From positions 33,294,001 to 33,358,000 of the forward strand of contig NC_135763.1 in NCBI RefSeq assembly GCF_052425735.1: a stretch of DNA of 64,000 nt, given 5' to 3'. A model generated the notes under the pieces. It did not search any database and was not told the origin of the DNA. It worked only from the letters and a program-made list of their open reading frames with translations. A program made the translations under genes and the position numbers. Each line of letters starts with the position of its first letter. Within the stretch, counting starts at the first letter, position 1. The DNA is from Oculina patagonica. Its lineage: Eukaryota. Positions 1-12,300 of the stretch are shown piece after piece.

Positions 1-180
1 AAATACAACATTGTTTCGGGGGGAGGGGGTTATATTGAAGGGGTGAGGGGTAAAATTTGTCCAAGGTACTCAAAAAGTGCCGACTGTCTCAACACATTTG
101 GCGCTCATTGTAGGTCTAAAGCTGCATGCTAGGTCTAAAGCTGCATATCTGGTAATGTCGCGTAAAATCTTAGGGCTTAC

Positions 181-363
181 CTGGGCACAACAGCGCGTTA
201 CATTCTCGAGTCTCCAGCGAGGGACCCAGAGAGGAACAATCCACACCACCCTTGGTGTCTTTAGGGAAGGTACATTTTCGTGTTCTCTCCTGTGTCCCTC
301 CTCCGCAGGTCGCTGAGCACGATGACCAATGGGACCAATCAGAGTAGACTCCAGTGACCGGAG
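181..363 (-). CDS. Gene F exon: thrombospondin type 1 (TSP1) domain
   Basis: YSDWSHWSSCSATCGGGTQERTRKC...C...ETRECN..LCP; cag/ and /gtaag boundaries; 183 nt. Confidence 0.92.
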
Positions 364-3300
364 CTGTGGACACGAGTAAACAACGATCAAGATTTGTATT
401 TGAGGTTTCTACTCTATAGTGGTAATTTGAGTGCTAAACAATAAACCATTTCCCAATTACCCTTTGCCTCTCTATCAAAACGAGTCTACGTGCGAAACCA
501 TTCATATGAAAATGCGTTTCACCTACAGGTCCATTTTCATGCAAATCAAACTCATTTTTATTTGAATGGTTTTGAATGGTTTCCCGCGTAGTCTCGTTTT
601 AAAACAGAGTCAAAGGGTAACTTGGAAGTGGCCTGTTGCTCTGTTTCTTTGTCATTCTACGTTTCTTAAGTTGTCTTTGTTTCATTTATACGTTCCAGTA
701 TAATTACTAGTAGACTTAATTTTCCGTTATTTTAAGTCACTTAGCCCGTTAATCTAGAATATTATAAATAGTATTGTATATAGTTTTTAACTTTGTAGTT
801 TTTACAGTTTTTTGTTTAGTTTTATATAAAGGGCCACAAGTTTATTAGTATTGTACACTATTAAGTGCCACCCTCTTTAAATAAAGAGCTTTCTTTTTTT
901 ACAGACCCTTTTTGAGTGCGTCAAAAACGTGCAGGCAAAACTTAAACCGCAGTGGGAGTTGAACAAGCCCGAACGCAAGGGGGTGGGGGTGGGAAGAAAG
1001 AAACTTCTATAGACAGAGGAGGGGGTAGGCGCGCGACCGTGCAAGAGACTACCCTGTATCTTACCCGCAAATGTTGATGGCATGGGCGTGGTTCCTACTG
1101 TAGAGGAAGGCTGATATTCGTCTGACAGAGGAGTTTCTGTTCCTGCGCTTGTCCCTGATGCGTGCGTTGCGTGACCTGTAACGTGACCTTCAGTGACGGA
1201 AGTGGACTCGGATGCGGCCTGAGTTCCAGAAGTAGTCTCTTGTCTTTCGGTTGATGTGAATTTAGTTGTCTTGGGTGCTTCGGTGGTTTCTCGAGTATCG
1301 CCTGGAAGATAAAATTTAAGACTGAGTTCAAACTAAGAAAAGCGATTGCAAAGCTCATACTAGCGCTCTCAAAGAGTTCTATTAAAAATCACATCGTACA
1401 AATGAGGTAAGCTCTCCAAGCCACTCAAAGAATGGAATACTACCCACGTGGCTGGTAAACAAAGTATCTGCATGATTTTCTAAGGGCGAATTCAACGGTA
1501 CGATTTTGCCCACGATTTTTGCATGCGACACGCTTACGCCATGACTACAACACGAATCGCGTGGGGGAAATGAACCTACCACATCCTTACGAAAGACGCG
1601 TGCGCGTGTAAATGGTCTTAAGTCATGTCGTAGGCCTGTCGTAAGCTTGTGGCATGCTAGGAAGTACCGTGTAAATCGTCGGCCCTTACCGAGACAGTGT
1701 CCCCACATGCCGTCAATGTCATAGTTAGATGTTGTAGCACACCAAGGTTGATGGACATCTTTGTCGGTGCACTCAAAGTACTGGGTTCCATGATAGATAA
1801 ACGGAAACACGCAGCATGCCCCTTTACTTGTTCCGCCTTCCGTTTCCACGCAGCGCGCGTTCAGACCTGCGAACGTAAAACAGTCAGTAAGTGAGAACAA
1901 GATGCAGTTAACGATATTGTGAAAAATAATTTCTGGTGTGACCGCGCTTATATTTGAACTGGAGGTTTAGTTAAGATACCAACTTACGGCATCCCATTCA
2001 GCGAAAGTATGGACAGCAGAAGACCTTGTTGTTTTTGTTTTCATTCGGGGAAATTAGCATTTTATTGCTACTCTGTAAATCCGAATTTAAATAAAGTTTA
2101 TTGATTAATTGATATTAATTGATATTCTACTATTCATGGTGAAAGTGCCAGTCAAAAGTTTTTGAATATTATCGTCCAATCAGAAATAGCACGGGCAATC
2201 TGTTCTTGCGTCAGCTTGTCACTATGGTGATGTCATGTTGCCAAGCAACAACTATCGCGAGAATCGCAGGCTCTGTCAGTTTTTAGATGCAGACTTTCTG
2301 ATACACGATTAGGAAAAAACATAAAAAGCAGAAACGCCAAGGCCGTTTTTTCACCTTCTTTCACCGGGCACTCCGGGCAACACTTCCATCGCTTCTTTAC
2401 AGGATTACTGCAGCTGAGTTCTGGACACTCAATCAATGTACAGCGGATTTTGCCATCATCGCATTTGCATTCAGGAGTACAGGGGCCTGGTGACCAGCGC
2501 TCGCCGTGTTCATGTAAAATACCATCATAATAACAATCTGAAATAAAATAACAAATACGAAACAGTTATCAACCAATCTCATACTTGTTTACAAGATAAA
2601 TTTCTAAACAAATCGATTATATTGTCGTCTTTTAAACTAGGGTCCTCAAGCGCTTTATTTAAGTTCAGCTTCAGAGAGACAAAACTTCTTCGTGTGTCTG
2701 AATAGAAAACAAAAAACTGGAAAGATAGAAATCAGAAGAATTACAACTTACTTGCTTGTCCTGGAGGTCGTACAACCTTCGTTTCATTGGCTAACAAAAG
2801 ACGAAAGAAAGTGATATTAAATTATGTTAAAAACGCAAGTTTTCGGAGATAATATAACGTCTGTGGTTTTTTTTTCCATTTAGAAACGGGCTTCACTTTT
2901 CACTCCAATGTGCTTACGAAAAGCTTTAATTTCCTGCCAACTCAGGAAAGTTTTCATTGCCTAAATAAAAGGAACCGGTTGTTTACAAATAATGAAGTGT
3001 TCCTTTGTTCTGCTTTGTTTGCTTGCATTTTACCGTAACTGGCGCTGTCTTCGGACGGCAGCATTTTTTTGTTTCTCGATGCAGAAACAGTGAGTGATCT
3101 TAAAGGCTTGATGTAGAGCTGTTTGGTTGATCAATTGTCGTGAAACAAATTGGACAATACGAAATAGCAGTTTAAGCGAGCGCTAAAAAAGATTCAAACA
3201 ACTGAGAAATTTCTTACCATGAGTGGGTGGGGCTGTAGGTGCAACCAAACCAACTGGAGCCTGGGTTGGAGCTAAAATTGAATGTAAAGTGTTGTAAGTA

Positions 3301-6300
3301 AAGAGTGCCTGTAATTTTAAAATTTGTATTGACATTGATCTTGCTACTATTGTAGTGTTGTTATCAAAGGCAACCTTATTAAAACTGGCTAATCTTGGAT
3401 TAGCTCATGTAAACCAGTTAATAAACGAGTTATCTAGCTCAATCGTCATATGCTCAGGCGAATGTTGTACTCAGAGACGATCGCAATATTATTAAAAGAT
3501 CCAATTGAAGATACCTTGACATAGACCACACTTTCTTTTGCAGTTCCTAATCAGCCACTCATTGTGACATGCGTACATTGGGTAAGTATTGCAATCTTCA
3601 TGATCCTTTGAAGCACAAGGACCTGACAGGAAAAATTATTCATCATTTTAGGGATAAAAACAAATGGCACCCTCAGGTACAGAAAGATTAAAGAACGTCG
3701 GCATTAAAAGCATTTATATGGCGCATGAGAGTAATAGAGAAATATAAGTAAAGATTAAATTGTTAGTGGTTAGTGTTAAATGCAAAGGATGGTTAAGGAT
3801 GGCATAACTTCAACATGGAAATTACAAATTTCTTTTTTCATTTAAATTGAATTTATTTATGTTTTTAATTTAATTTAACTCATATTTTTTTTAATTTTTC
3901 CTTTGTTTTATTTTGGTGGTATTTAGTCAAAGTTTACATTACCAAATTTACATTTAAGGGTGTAAAGATGATTGGTGACGATAAATGACCAGTCCAATAA
4001 GTTCTCACCTTCAGTTTGATCTTTTCCAAGGTTTTCTAATCCTAAAATCGAGAAAGGTGATTGAGAGGGCAGAATTTTGAACTCCAGTGATAAATGTCAA
4101 TGTTGAGGTCCAGTGAAAGCAAACATTTGAAATCCTCTCTTTTGGTAATAGCTCAATTCATGGTTTCATACAGCTCATCGTGGGGGGTGAATAGGTCAGC
4201 GGATCAGCAGATTTTGACAATAATTTCGCTCAGATTTCGGATTCAGAGCAAAATTTTAACTGATTTGCAGATCCTGCAATTGCAGTGGATTGCAGTTTCA
4301 TCCATTTTTGGGCCGGGATTTTGGATGTGGCTTGTAATAAATATGTTCAGATTGTGGATCTAAACAATCGTCAGAAATGCTTTGTTTTATTTTTGTTTTG
4401 TTTTGTTTTGTCAAGAGTGAAGACTTGACGCATGTCACAAAATGGTAACACTCCATTGGCCAAGGCCAGGGAGCTGTGACATGTTACCTGTGGGACATGC
4501 ACAAATCCGTTTGAAAAATAATAAGTAGATTCGGTTTGAAGACCCTGTTTTCAATGGATTGACAGATTCAGATATTAAATTATAACAGATCGGCAGATTT
4601 GCATACCCCTATTCACCCCCCTTCTCATGTATGTTTGTCATTCTGTATTCCAATGAGTTTAATTTTTTAAAGTTTTAGGTTTACAAGAATTTAAGCCATC
4701 CATATTAGCATTTTTTCTGAAAAGTCAGTAGATGTTAGCAAGTGGAATTAGTAGTTAACCAACAGTGCTATTTCAAATTATTTATTAGTTATTTGTATGC
4801 CAGTTTCACTTCATTAATAAGTCAAATAAGGAAAAGAAAAACATTAGCAGTAAATTACATTAGATTTATATTCAGTGTTAATCATTTACTGAACAGCACT
4901 AACAGAAGTTATTTTAAGCACACATATTTAAAGATAGTGTAGCCTTTTTTACTTATCAGAATTTATACAGACAGCCAACTTAATTTTATCAGTAGAAGAT
5001 CCGTAATCATGAAAACTGCCAGCTGAGTTTACACACTAAGAGGTCAATTGAAATTTACCCTCAGTTTGTTCTGTCTTTTTGTCTCCACCCCCCCCCCCTC
5101 CCACCCTTCACCACAACCTCCCCTTTTAGTTGGAAGAGTTGCATCTTCATGTCCACGTCTCCGTTTTGTTTAGAGAACAATTATCTGGATTCAACTGATC
5201 AAATATAAAGCTTTATGCATACTTCGGCTGAGTGTTACTTTATGTTTTAGTGACCATCAGTCTGTACAGTCTTAGTCCATCAGCTAGTGGGGTTGTATGG
5301 CTCACTTTAGGGGAACAAACGCAACTTGTCTAATATTACTCTTTGACTATTAAGCATCATAAAAATGTGTGATAGCAAGGATAAAACGGTAGCTTTCACT
5401 GTGTAAATCGAATTTGAAATTTGCTCTCATATCCTTCTTTTGGCCGCCATCTTGGATTTTAAAAGAAAAATCCTTAATTTTTTTTATTCGTTCTTAAATA
5501 CTTACTGATTTTTTGCTTAGATATATATTTGAGAGTACATATTCGGGACATTATTTTAGCATTGTGTACGGTATTAAAAGCAAAGTACGCAATAAATGAG
5601 GTCGCAATGTCCGCCATTTTGTTTTTCAGCTCGTTTTCCTTTTGCTCCTCAATCATCTAAAATAACAAAATTACCATAAAGGCGTTCCATCGCAATGCTA
5701 CGTTTTTTCAAGTATACTACACCATTAATCAGTATACCCCAAAACAGATTACATAGCTACGTCCACGCATAAGGTTAGAATAGGGCTCAGTTAAGAGATT
5801 GTTGAGTACAGAACAGACAGAATCGCCACGCTCGTATAAAGTCCTCCTTCACTGCTGCTATGCTTCTGTCAACTCTTCTGGAGCGTTGAAGGAATTACCG
5901 GAAGAGAACCATTCAGTATTAGCTCTTCTCTAGATTGTGGCTTGAAAATTTCCTCTTGTAACATTGAGCTCGGTTAGTGGAGATGCCTCGCGTGGTGGGA
6001 GAACCTCTGGCTTTACTTTCCCGGGCGCCGTTAACTTTTCTCTGGCTTCACTTTCCCTGGCGCCGTGAATCTCATAGCACAGCACATCCACACTTTGACA
6101 CGTCTTCTCGTACAGCTGATACACTTATGCTTTCGTATCTTTAATGATCACCTCGGATACTGTAACTCCTCCCCGCTAATCGCCATAGCTCGGACGTACG
6201 TTTCGTACGTTGGCAAAGCTCCACTTTTCTGGTCTTCGCACCTCTTCCATCTTTTTTAAAGTACTTTGCATGTCCGTGGGACAATATGTTTGAAATAAAG

Positions 6301-9300
6301 GGCTGGGTTGGAAAATGACGATTGTTTTTTAGGGGGATTTATTCAAGACACTTGAATGGCAATGGTATTTTATCTACGCGCTCTCTTTTCTTCGTGAAAT
6401 AATTTTTAAATCTGCACTTTTTGCTTTATTTTGTGGTACAAACAGTCATATTGTGAACAATAATCAGCCGTGGCGATGTCACATATGACATCACGTTGTT
6501 GTTTTTGAAACACTAGAATGAACGAAATCATGTTGTTAGTTCCAATAAGTTTTAACTTTGCGTTTGAAAGCGATTCGTTTACGTTAAAACTAAAGAATGC
6601 AGGCAGCTTTGTAGCTTTTTCACCCCAAAAATCCAAGATGGCGGCCAAATTAAGAAGCGTATAGGGGAGCCAATTTAAAATTCGATTTATAAGTGAAAGC
6701 TACCGTTCCAACCTTGCTATCATACATTTTTGTGATGCTCAATAGGCAAGGATAAAGATAAGACATGTTTCGTTTGTTCCCCGAAAGTGAGCCATGAACC
6801 CAAATTTTCGGATCTCAGCTGATGGACTATCTCGTTCCCTGCAGGGTCTCCCCCTCCCTCGCACCCAAAATGGAGAGAGAGAAAGACCCTGGGAACGAGG
6901 TTGCAATCTGTTGCAGTCTGTATTGTTATGCTGTCTCCTGGTTTTCATCTTGGTTCGTTTCAACTCCATTGATCATGATTTGTATTGAGGTAAGCTTATA
7001 CATTTCCCAGCTAAGTAAGTTTTGTTGTAAGCTTAAGTCTTAATTTAACACAAGTTCGACTCGGATAATTAATAGCTGACATTGAAATTACCCATACCTT
7101 CAGTCGGCACAGTTATCTAATCCACAATCCACTTACCTTCACAGAATCCGCACTTTTTCTTGCAGTTTGTTTTCATCCATGCGTTTTCACAGCTTTCAGT
7201 CGAGTATCGACTGCATTCAGGATTATCTTTACAAACAGCTGAAAATTACAATGGAACAAAATATTACGCACGGACACCGACTGACCGACATTGCGCAGGC
7301 GATTGTTTTCTTCTTCTTCTTCTTCTCCTCGCTGCGGCATCATTTGCTCTCCTAAAGCATCATATCCCATCTCTAAGCTAATATTCTGCCTGTGTTTGCC
7401 AATGCTTTGGGCCATGATCAGCTAAAAGGCGCTAGCATTGAATTTTGCGCGCCTCGTCCGCCATGTTTGTTGTGTTGAATCCAGTCTCCTCGCAAAAAAG
7501 TGTCCAAACAGGCACGCAATGCATACACACTTCTCAGGAGAAAGAACAACAGATGTCTAAACAAATGGTTTACTTTTTAACTCAGTAATGACTACTTACG
7601 TCGGCAGAATTGGCATTTTCGTGGGCAGTTCAGTTGAACCCACTCGTCATTACACTGGTTTAAAGCGTACCGTGAACATTCACTCTTGTCATTACACCAA
7701 GGAGCTAAAACGTTATGCAAAAAAACAACGTCAAATTTATTAAAATATTTCATCATTACTTTCATTCCATTCGTTCATGGAGAGAAACAAATAAATTTAC
7801 TTTCTTAATTTCTTTTCTCAAACTGTTAAGTTGTTATTCCCATTAAGTGACAAATGGAAATTTACTACTGCAAATTCCCATTTATTTATTTTTATTTAAA
7901 AATTTGATTGAGCAGTTTTTTAATTCTTTATCCTCAAAGCAGATCTCTTTCCTTTACTGTTTATGCATTTGTGTTTAACCAGATCGCTGGAGCTACGAAT
8001 CACCATTAGTACCAAGGGCCTTCTGTCACCCTGGAAACGAAGCTACTAAACAAATCACATACACTTAATAACGCGACCTCTTTGTCTCAAAAAATCAGCA
8101 ACATCTTTTTTCTTGTTACCTTCTGGTATTTCGAGGATGGTCGTTCCATGACTCATAGAGACGTTAATATGATTTTTCGCGGGACCTTTTATCTTGACCT
8201 GAGTGGCATTTTCGTCTTCAGCTTTTATGTTAGCGGGAAGCTTCACTACAATCGTCTCCACCATGGGTGCCTTGTTTGTCGTCTCGTCTGCCAAGACCGG
8301 TTTACCATTTTCACCTTTGATGTTCACCAGCACAGGCTTTCTTGACGTCTCAAGAGATTTCGTTACTTCTGATGGTACTGTGACTGACAGCTCGGTGTAG
8401 GGTTTTTCCGTTGCCTTGTTTGTCGCTTCGTTGCTGACTTGTTGCGGCGGCGTTGCCTGAGAGGCTGTCGCTGTAAGATAAGAGAGCTTTGCTATAATTC
8501 TAGCCACAAGTTTAGCGGAACGACGGCGCGGGTCTCGGTTACTACAGTAAATCCAAGAGTACAATGCACACAATTTTACATTTCTTGAGATCTCTTGATT
8601 TTCAACCATGCACGCAAATCTTGTACGAGTAGATAACTTCCCATACCTTTGAACAGTTGCTTAGTGTATGTTATCGGTTGTTTACAAGTCTGCAATTGAA
8701 CTACTGGCGCGCACAAATTGTTATAAGTTATAGTTAGATACTGTTTCTTGTTTAGCAATGTGATTCTATCCAAAAAGCAAGGAAGAGAGTCATTACTGAC
8801 CATTGCCACATATTTTGCACTTCTTCGGGCAGTTAACTTTCAGCCAGCCTTCATTACAGTTCGCCTCTGTGTATTTAGCGCAGACAGGGTCGTCGTTACA
8901 CCACGTTTCTATGGAGAACAAGGACGTGTTACATTTAAGCATGTTACTTAACTTATTCATAATGAACCCTTAGTTCCAATATCAACATTGGACCAATCGA
9001 TGAGAAATTGTTCTTTAATAAACTTTTATGATAAGGTTGGAAACTGCTACAACTGGAAAAAAGAGAGCTTTTTCTAAGTTTGCGGCAAACCACCGGCAAT
9101 TCCCGAAGACGATACGAAAAGAAATACATCTTTATCATTTACTACACCCTTGTTGCTATAGACGTTGCTGATCCTAGCAGTATACAGGACGCGTGTCACA
9201 TATCAACCTAGTAAATGGCCCAGCTCACAACGAGTCTCTCGTAGCTCAGTTGGTTAGAGCGCCCAACCGGTATCTGGGAGGCCATGGGTTCGATTCCCGT

Positions 9301-12300
9301 CGAGACTTTCATCTTTATTAATTCACTAACTATACCCCAAATTAGTACATTTGAGGCCCGGACCACCAATAGAACCAACAGGAATACACAATTAAGATAT
9401 AAAACTTTATCCACCTCCACCAAGAACTTACCATAAACGTTTGGCACATCTGTAGCGTTCTGTTCCACGACAGCTGTTGATCAAAATATGATTTTTATGT
9501 TAAAAAGCGCACATTATTTAGGCTTCATTACGTACACCCTCTTAAATATCTTGGCAATGAAAAATCTACAATGAATCTCTTATTATTCTTCACTAATCTA
9601 AGACAAGAGAATGAGTGGATACCAAATCGGTAAATGAAGTTTATGCGCCCTGATTGGCTATTTAACGTAGGTGCATTTTTCACTATTTGCTGATCTGCAA
9701 ATCGTGTGCGAACTGTCCTGCAAGTTTTCGAACTTTTTATTTTCCAACAAAATGTACTCTTTTTGCCCTTGGCGTTCACCAAATCACATATTCACCCCAG
9801 TGTTGGTGAAATGTGAGAAGGATGTTTACCTCGTTACGTTAAGTTGCTGGGTAAATATCGGCTTTGCTATTCACCACTAATTCAGTGAACAACTGTTAGC
9901 TATACACTACAAGTTATCATTAGCGAAAAGAAGTGGACAATTAAAACTACGAACAGCTAAAGTAAGAAGCTGTTTAGGAAATTTACCTACCAATTATAGA
10001 CAACTATGGTAAAATAATAAAGTTATCGTTAAATACGTGAACTCGTATCTCATAAATAAGGTAACTACAACTCCCTGATAATTGACTGTATTCCAACAAA
10101 CTAATATTATAGATGGTTTTAGTGGCTAGCTATTTTTTTGTAATTTAAGGTTAGAACATGCAAGACAATCAATGAATTTGCTGTTGCGGTTTTGAACGAA
10201 CCTCTTAAGCTGTCACAATTTCCACACAGTATAATAAATACACAGGCTTCAGAATGAAAATCATATTTGCACTCGCATAATTGTGAGATATATTCCTGAG
10301 ACTAAAAAACGGCTAAATTATTCGAGACGACCGTCCGTCGCTGCAGTGAATAGATTTTGCAACCTAACTAAATAGTGATCTTTGAGGTCAGCGCATATTA
10401 ACAGTTCCTTCTCGAGTTAAAACAACTAAACACTAGTGCATTAGGCTTACTTTGACCGGCGATCTTGAGCAGTGCAAGTGACAGGAAAATCACTTGAAGT
10501 TGGAAATTATTTTTCATTCTTTCCGCCGGCCCAGACTTGTCGTTCTCATTTTAGTCCTCATGGAAAACACCTCCACGAGCTTTGCATTCATTAACATTAA
10601 TGTACCGGGATTGACCGGTGTGGCTAAACAACGCATCAATGGTCACCCGTAAATCCTAGCAAAACAGTGCGAGTCTAACGCGGAATTGTTTGCTAAGACA
10701 ATTGAGTACATACAAAGGCAAAAGCTTTATGCTTACTGCCAAGCGCAGTTCAACATTTGGATAAATCAAAACTAAGCATGCTTAAAAATTAATGTTAGGC
10801 GGCGAAAACGTTTTGTTTAACAAGAAAATGATTTGTCTTCATGAGTTTAAAATGGAAACTTTTAGGGGGCTGACGACCAAACGGTAACCTTTATTGCTTT
10901 GCCGGTAGTGACACCTACTGATTGAGTCACATTCTTTTTTTCACCGTATAAAGCCTTTTCTGCTTCCTTCATATGAAATAGTGCTTAGCCATTTAGGTTT
11001 TCGATAGCAATAACAATAATATGTAAAAATACTAGTCGCACTTTAAATTTTGAAGACAGCTTCTGTTAGATACTAAGTGAACATTTCCTTAATTCAGTCT
11101 CATTCCGATTTGTCAGCTGTATTAGAAGTAACGATATTATGAAGAGGAATTTCATAATTGTTCTTATCTCCATTACCGCGCAAAGTCTGGTGACCGCGAA
11201 AGCCTGGTGACGTCCCGTGTCCAGACTTCCCTAAGCCGAAAACACCAAGGGACTAGGTTGGAGAAAAATGCCGTTGAAATGATCGTTCGAGATATCGGCG
11301 TCGGCCTCCCTTACGTATTGCTCAAGTTAATTGTTATTAGAAAAAAGCTAAAGCCCTGAAGAAAGTGCAATAACTCTTTAAAACCAAATATGTCTTCTTT
11401 GCGTGCTTCTGACGTTTCAGAGATCTCTATCACTTTACTGTCTCACGTTCGTAATTGTAAGATTAAAATTAATTGTCCATTTAACTATTTTATTTCGCAC
11501 TCTTTTTTTTTCTTTTTTTTTTTAATTCTACCCAAACAACAAGTCACAAAACTGTTACTTACGATGTTGTTGCATGGTCACGTGAGGTTGCTGTACCACA
11601 GGAGCACCAGTCTCGGCGTTGTGAAGAAAATCCACCGTGATGTTCTGATTTGGAGTCGGCGGAGCTGCTGTGGAGTTGCTAATAATCTGATCTACTACTC
11701 CTCCCTCAAACGGATTCACTACTCCAGGACCGCTGGGCATAGGAGGGGCTGGGGTCGCGAGAACATGCTCAGTACTTGGACCAGATCCCGTCACGTGACT
11801 AGTGGCTTCCAATACTAACGGTACCCCGGTCGGGGCAACGTTTTCTTTCTCTTTCTCAAATGAAATCCTTATACTTTGATGTTCCGACTCGGCCACAGAT
11901 GGTTGTAAACCAATAACATTTCCGTTTACTGATACTGGGGATGTCTTGTTTCCAAGAAAAGATATTTTTATATTTTCCTGGTTTCCTTCCGCTGGAGGTT
12001 GTAAAGTAATCTCGTTCACGCCCTGCACGGGTTTGGTTTTGTCGATAAAAGAGATATGTATTTTCTCCACACCGTTGTTTTCTACAGGTTGCACATTTGA
12101 AGGTATTTCCACAACCCAGTCCGGGTTTTCTTTAATTTCCAACACATCCACTTCCTCCACAGGTACAAGCTCACTGGCATTCATAACAACAAGCGGCTCT
12201 GAAGTCGGTTCCAGTGTCGCCGTCTGCGCCGCCGGAAGTACTTCTTGCGGCGTCGACGAATCATACACACCGATTTCCGAACCGGAAGTAGAGCCGCTTT

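Noticed and set aside
7173-7415. 80-aa ORF with poly-Glu between ShKT exons
   Set aside because: Different frame from the ShKT exon it overlaps, no convincing splice sites; probably repeat-derived
9233-9307. Possible tRNA gene (also 25040-25118 and 37863-37935)
   Set aside because: Boxes A and B are present but the cloverleaf is imperfect and each is attached to repeat body sequence; these are SINE heads
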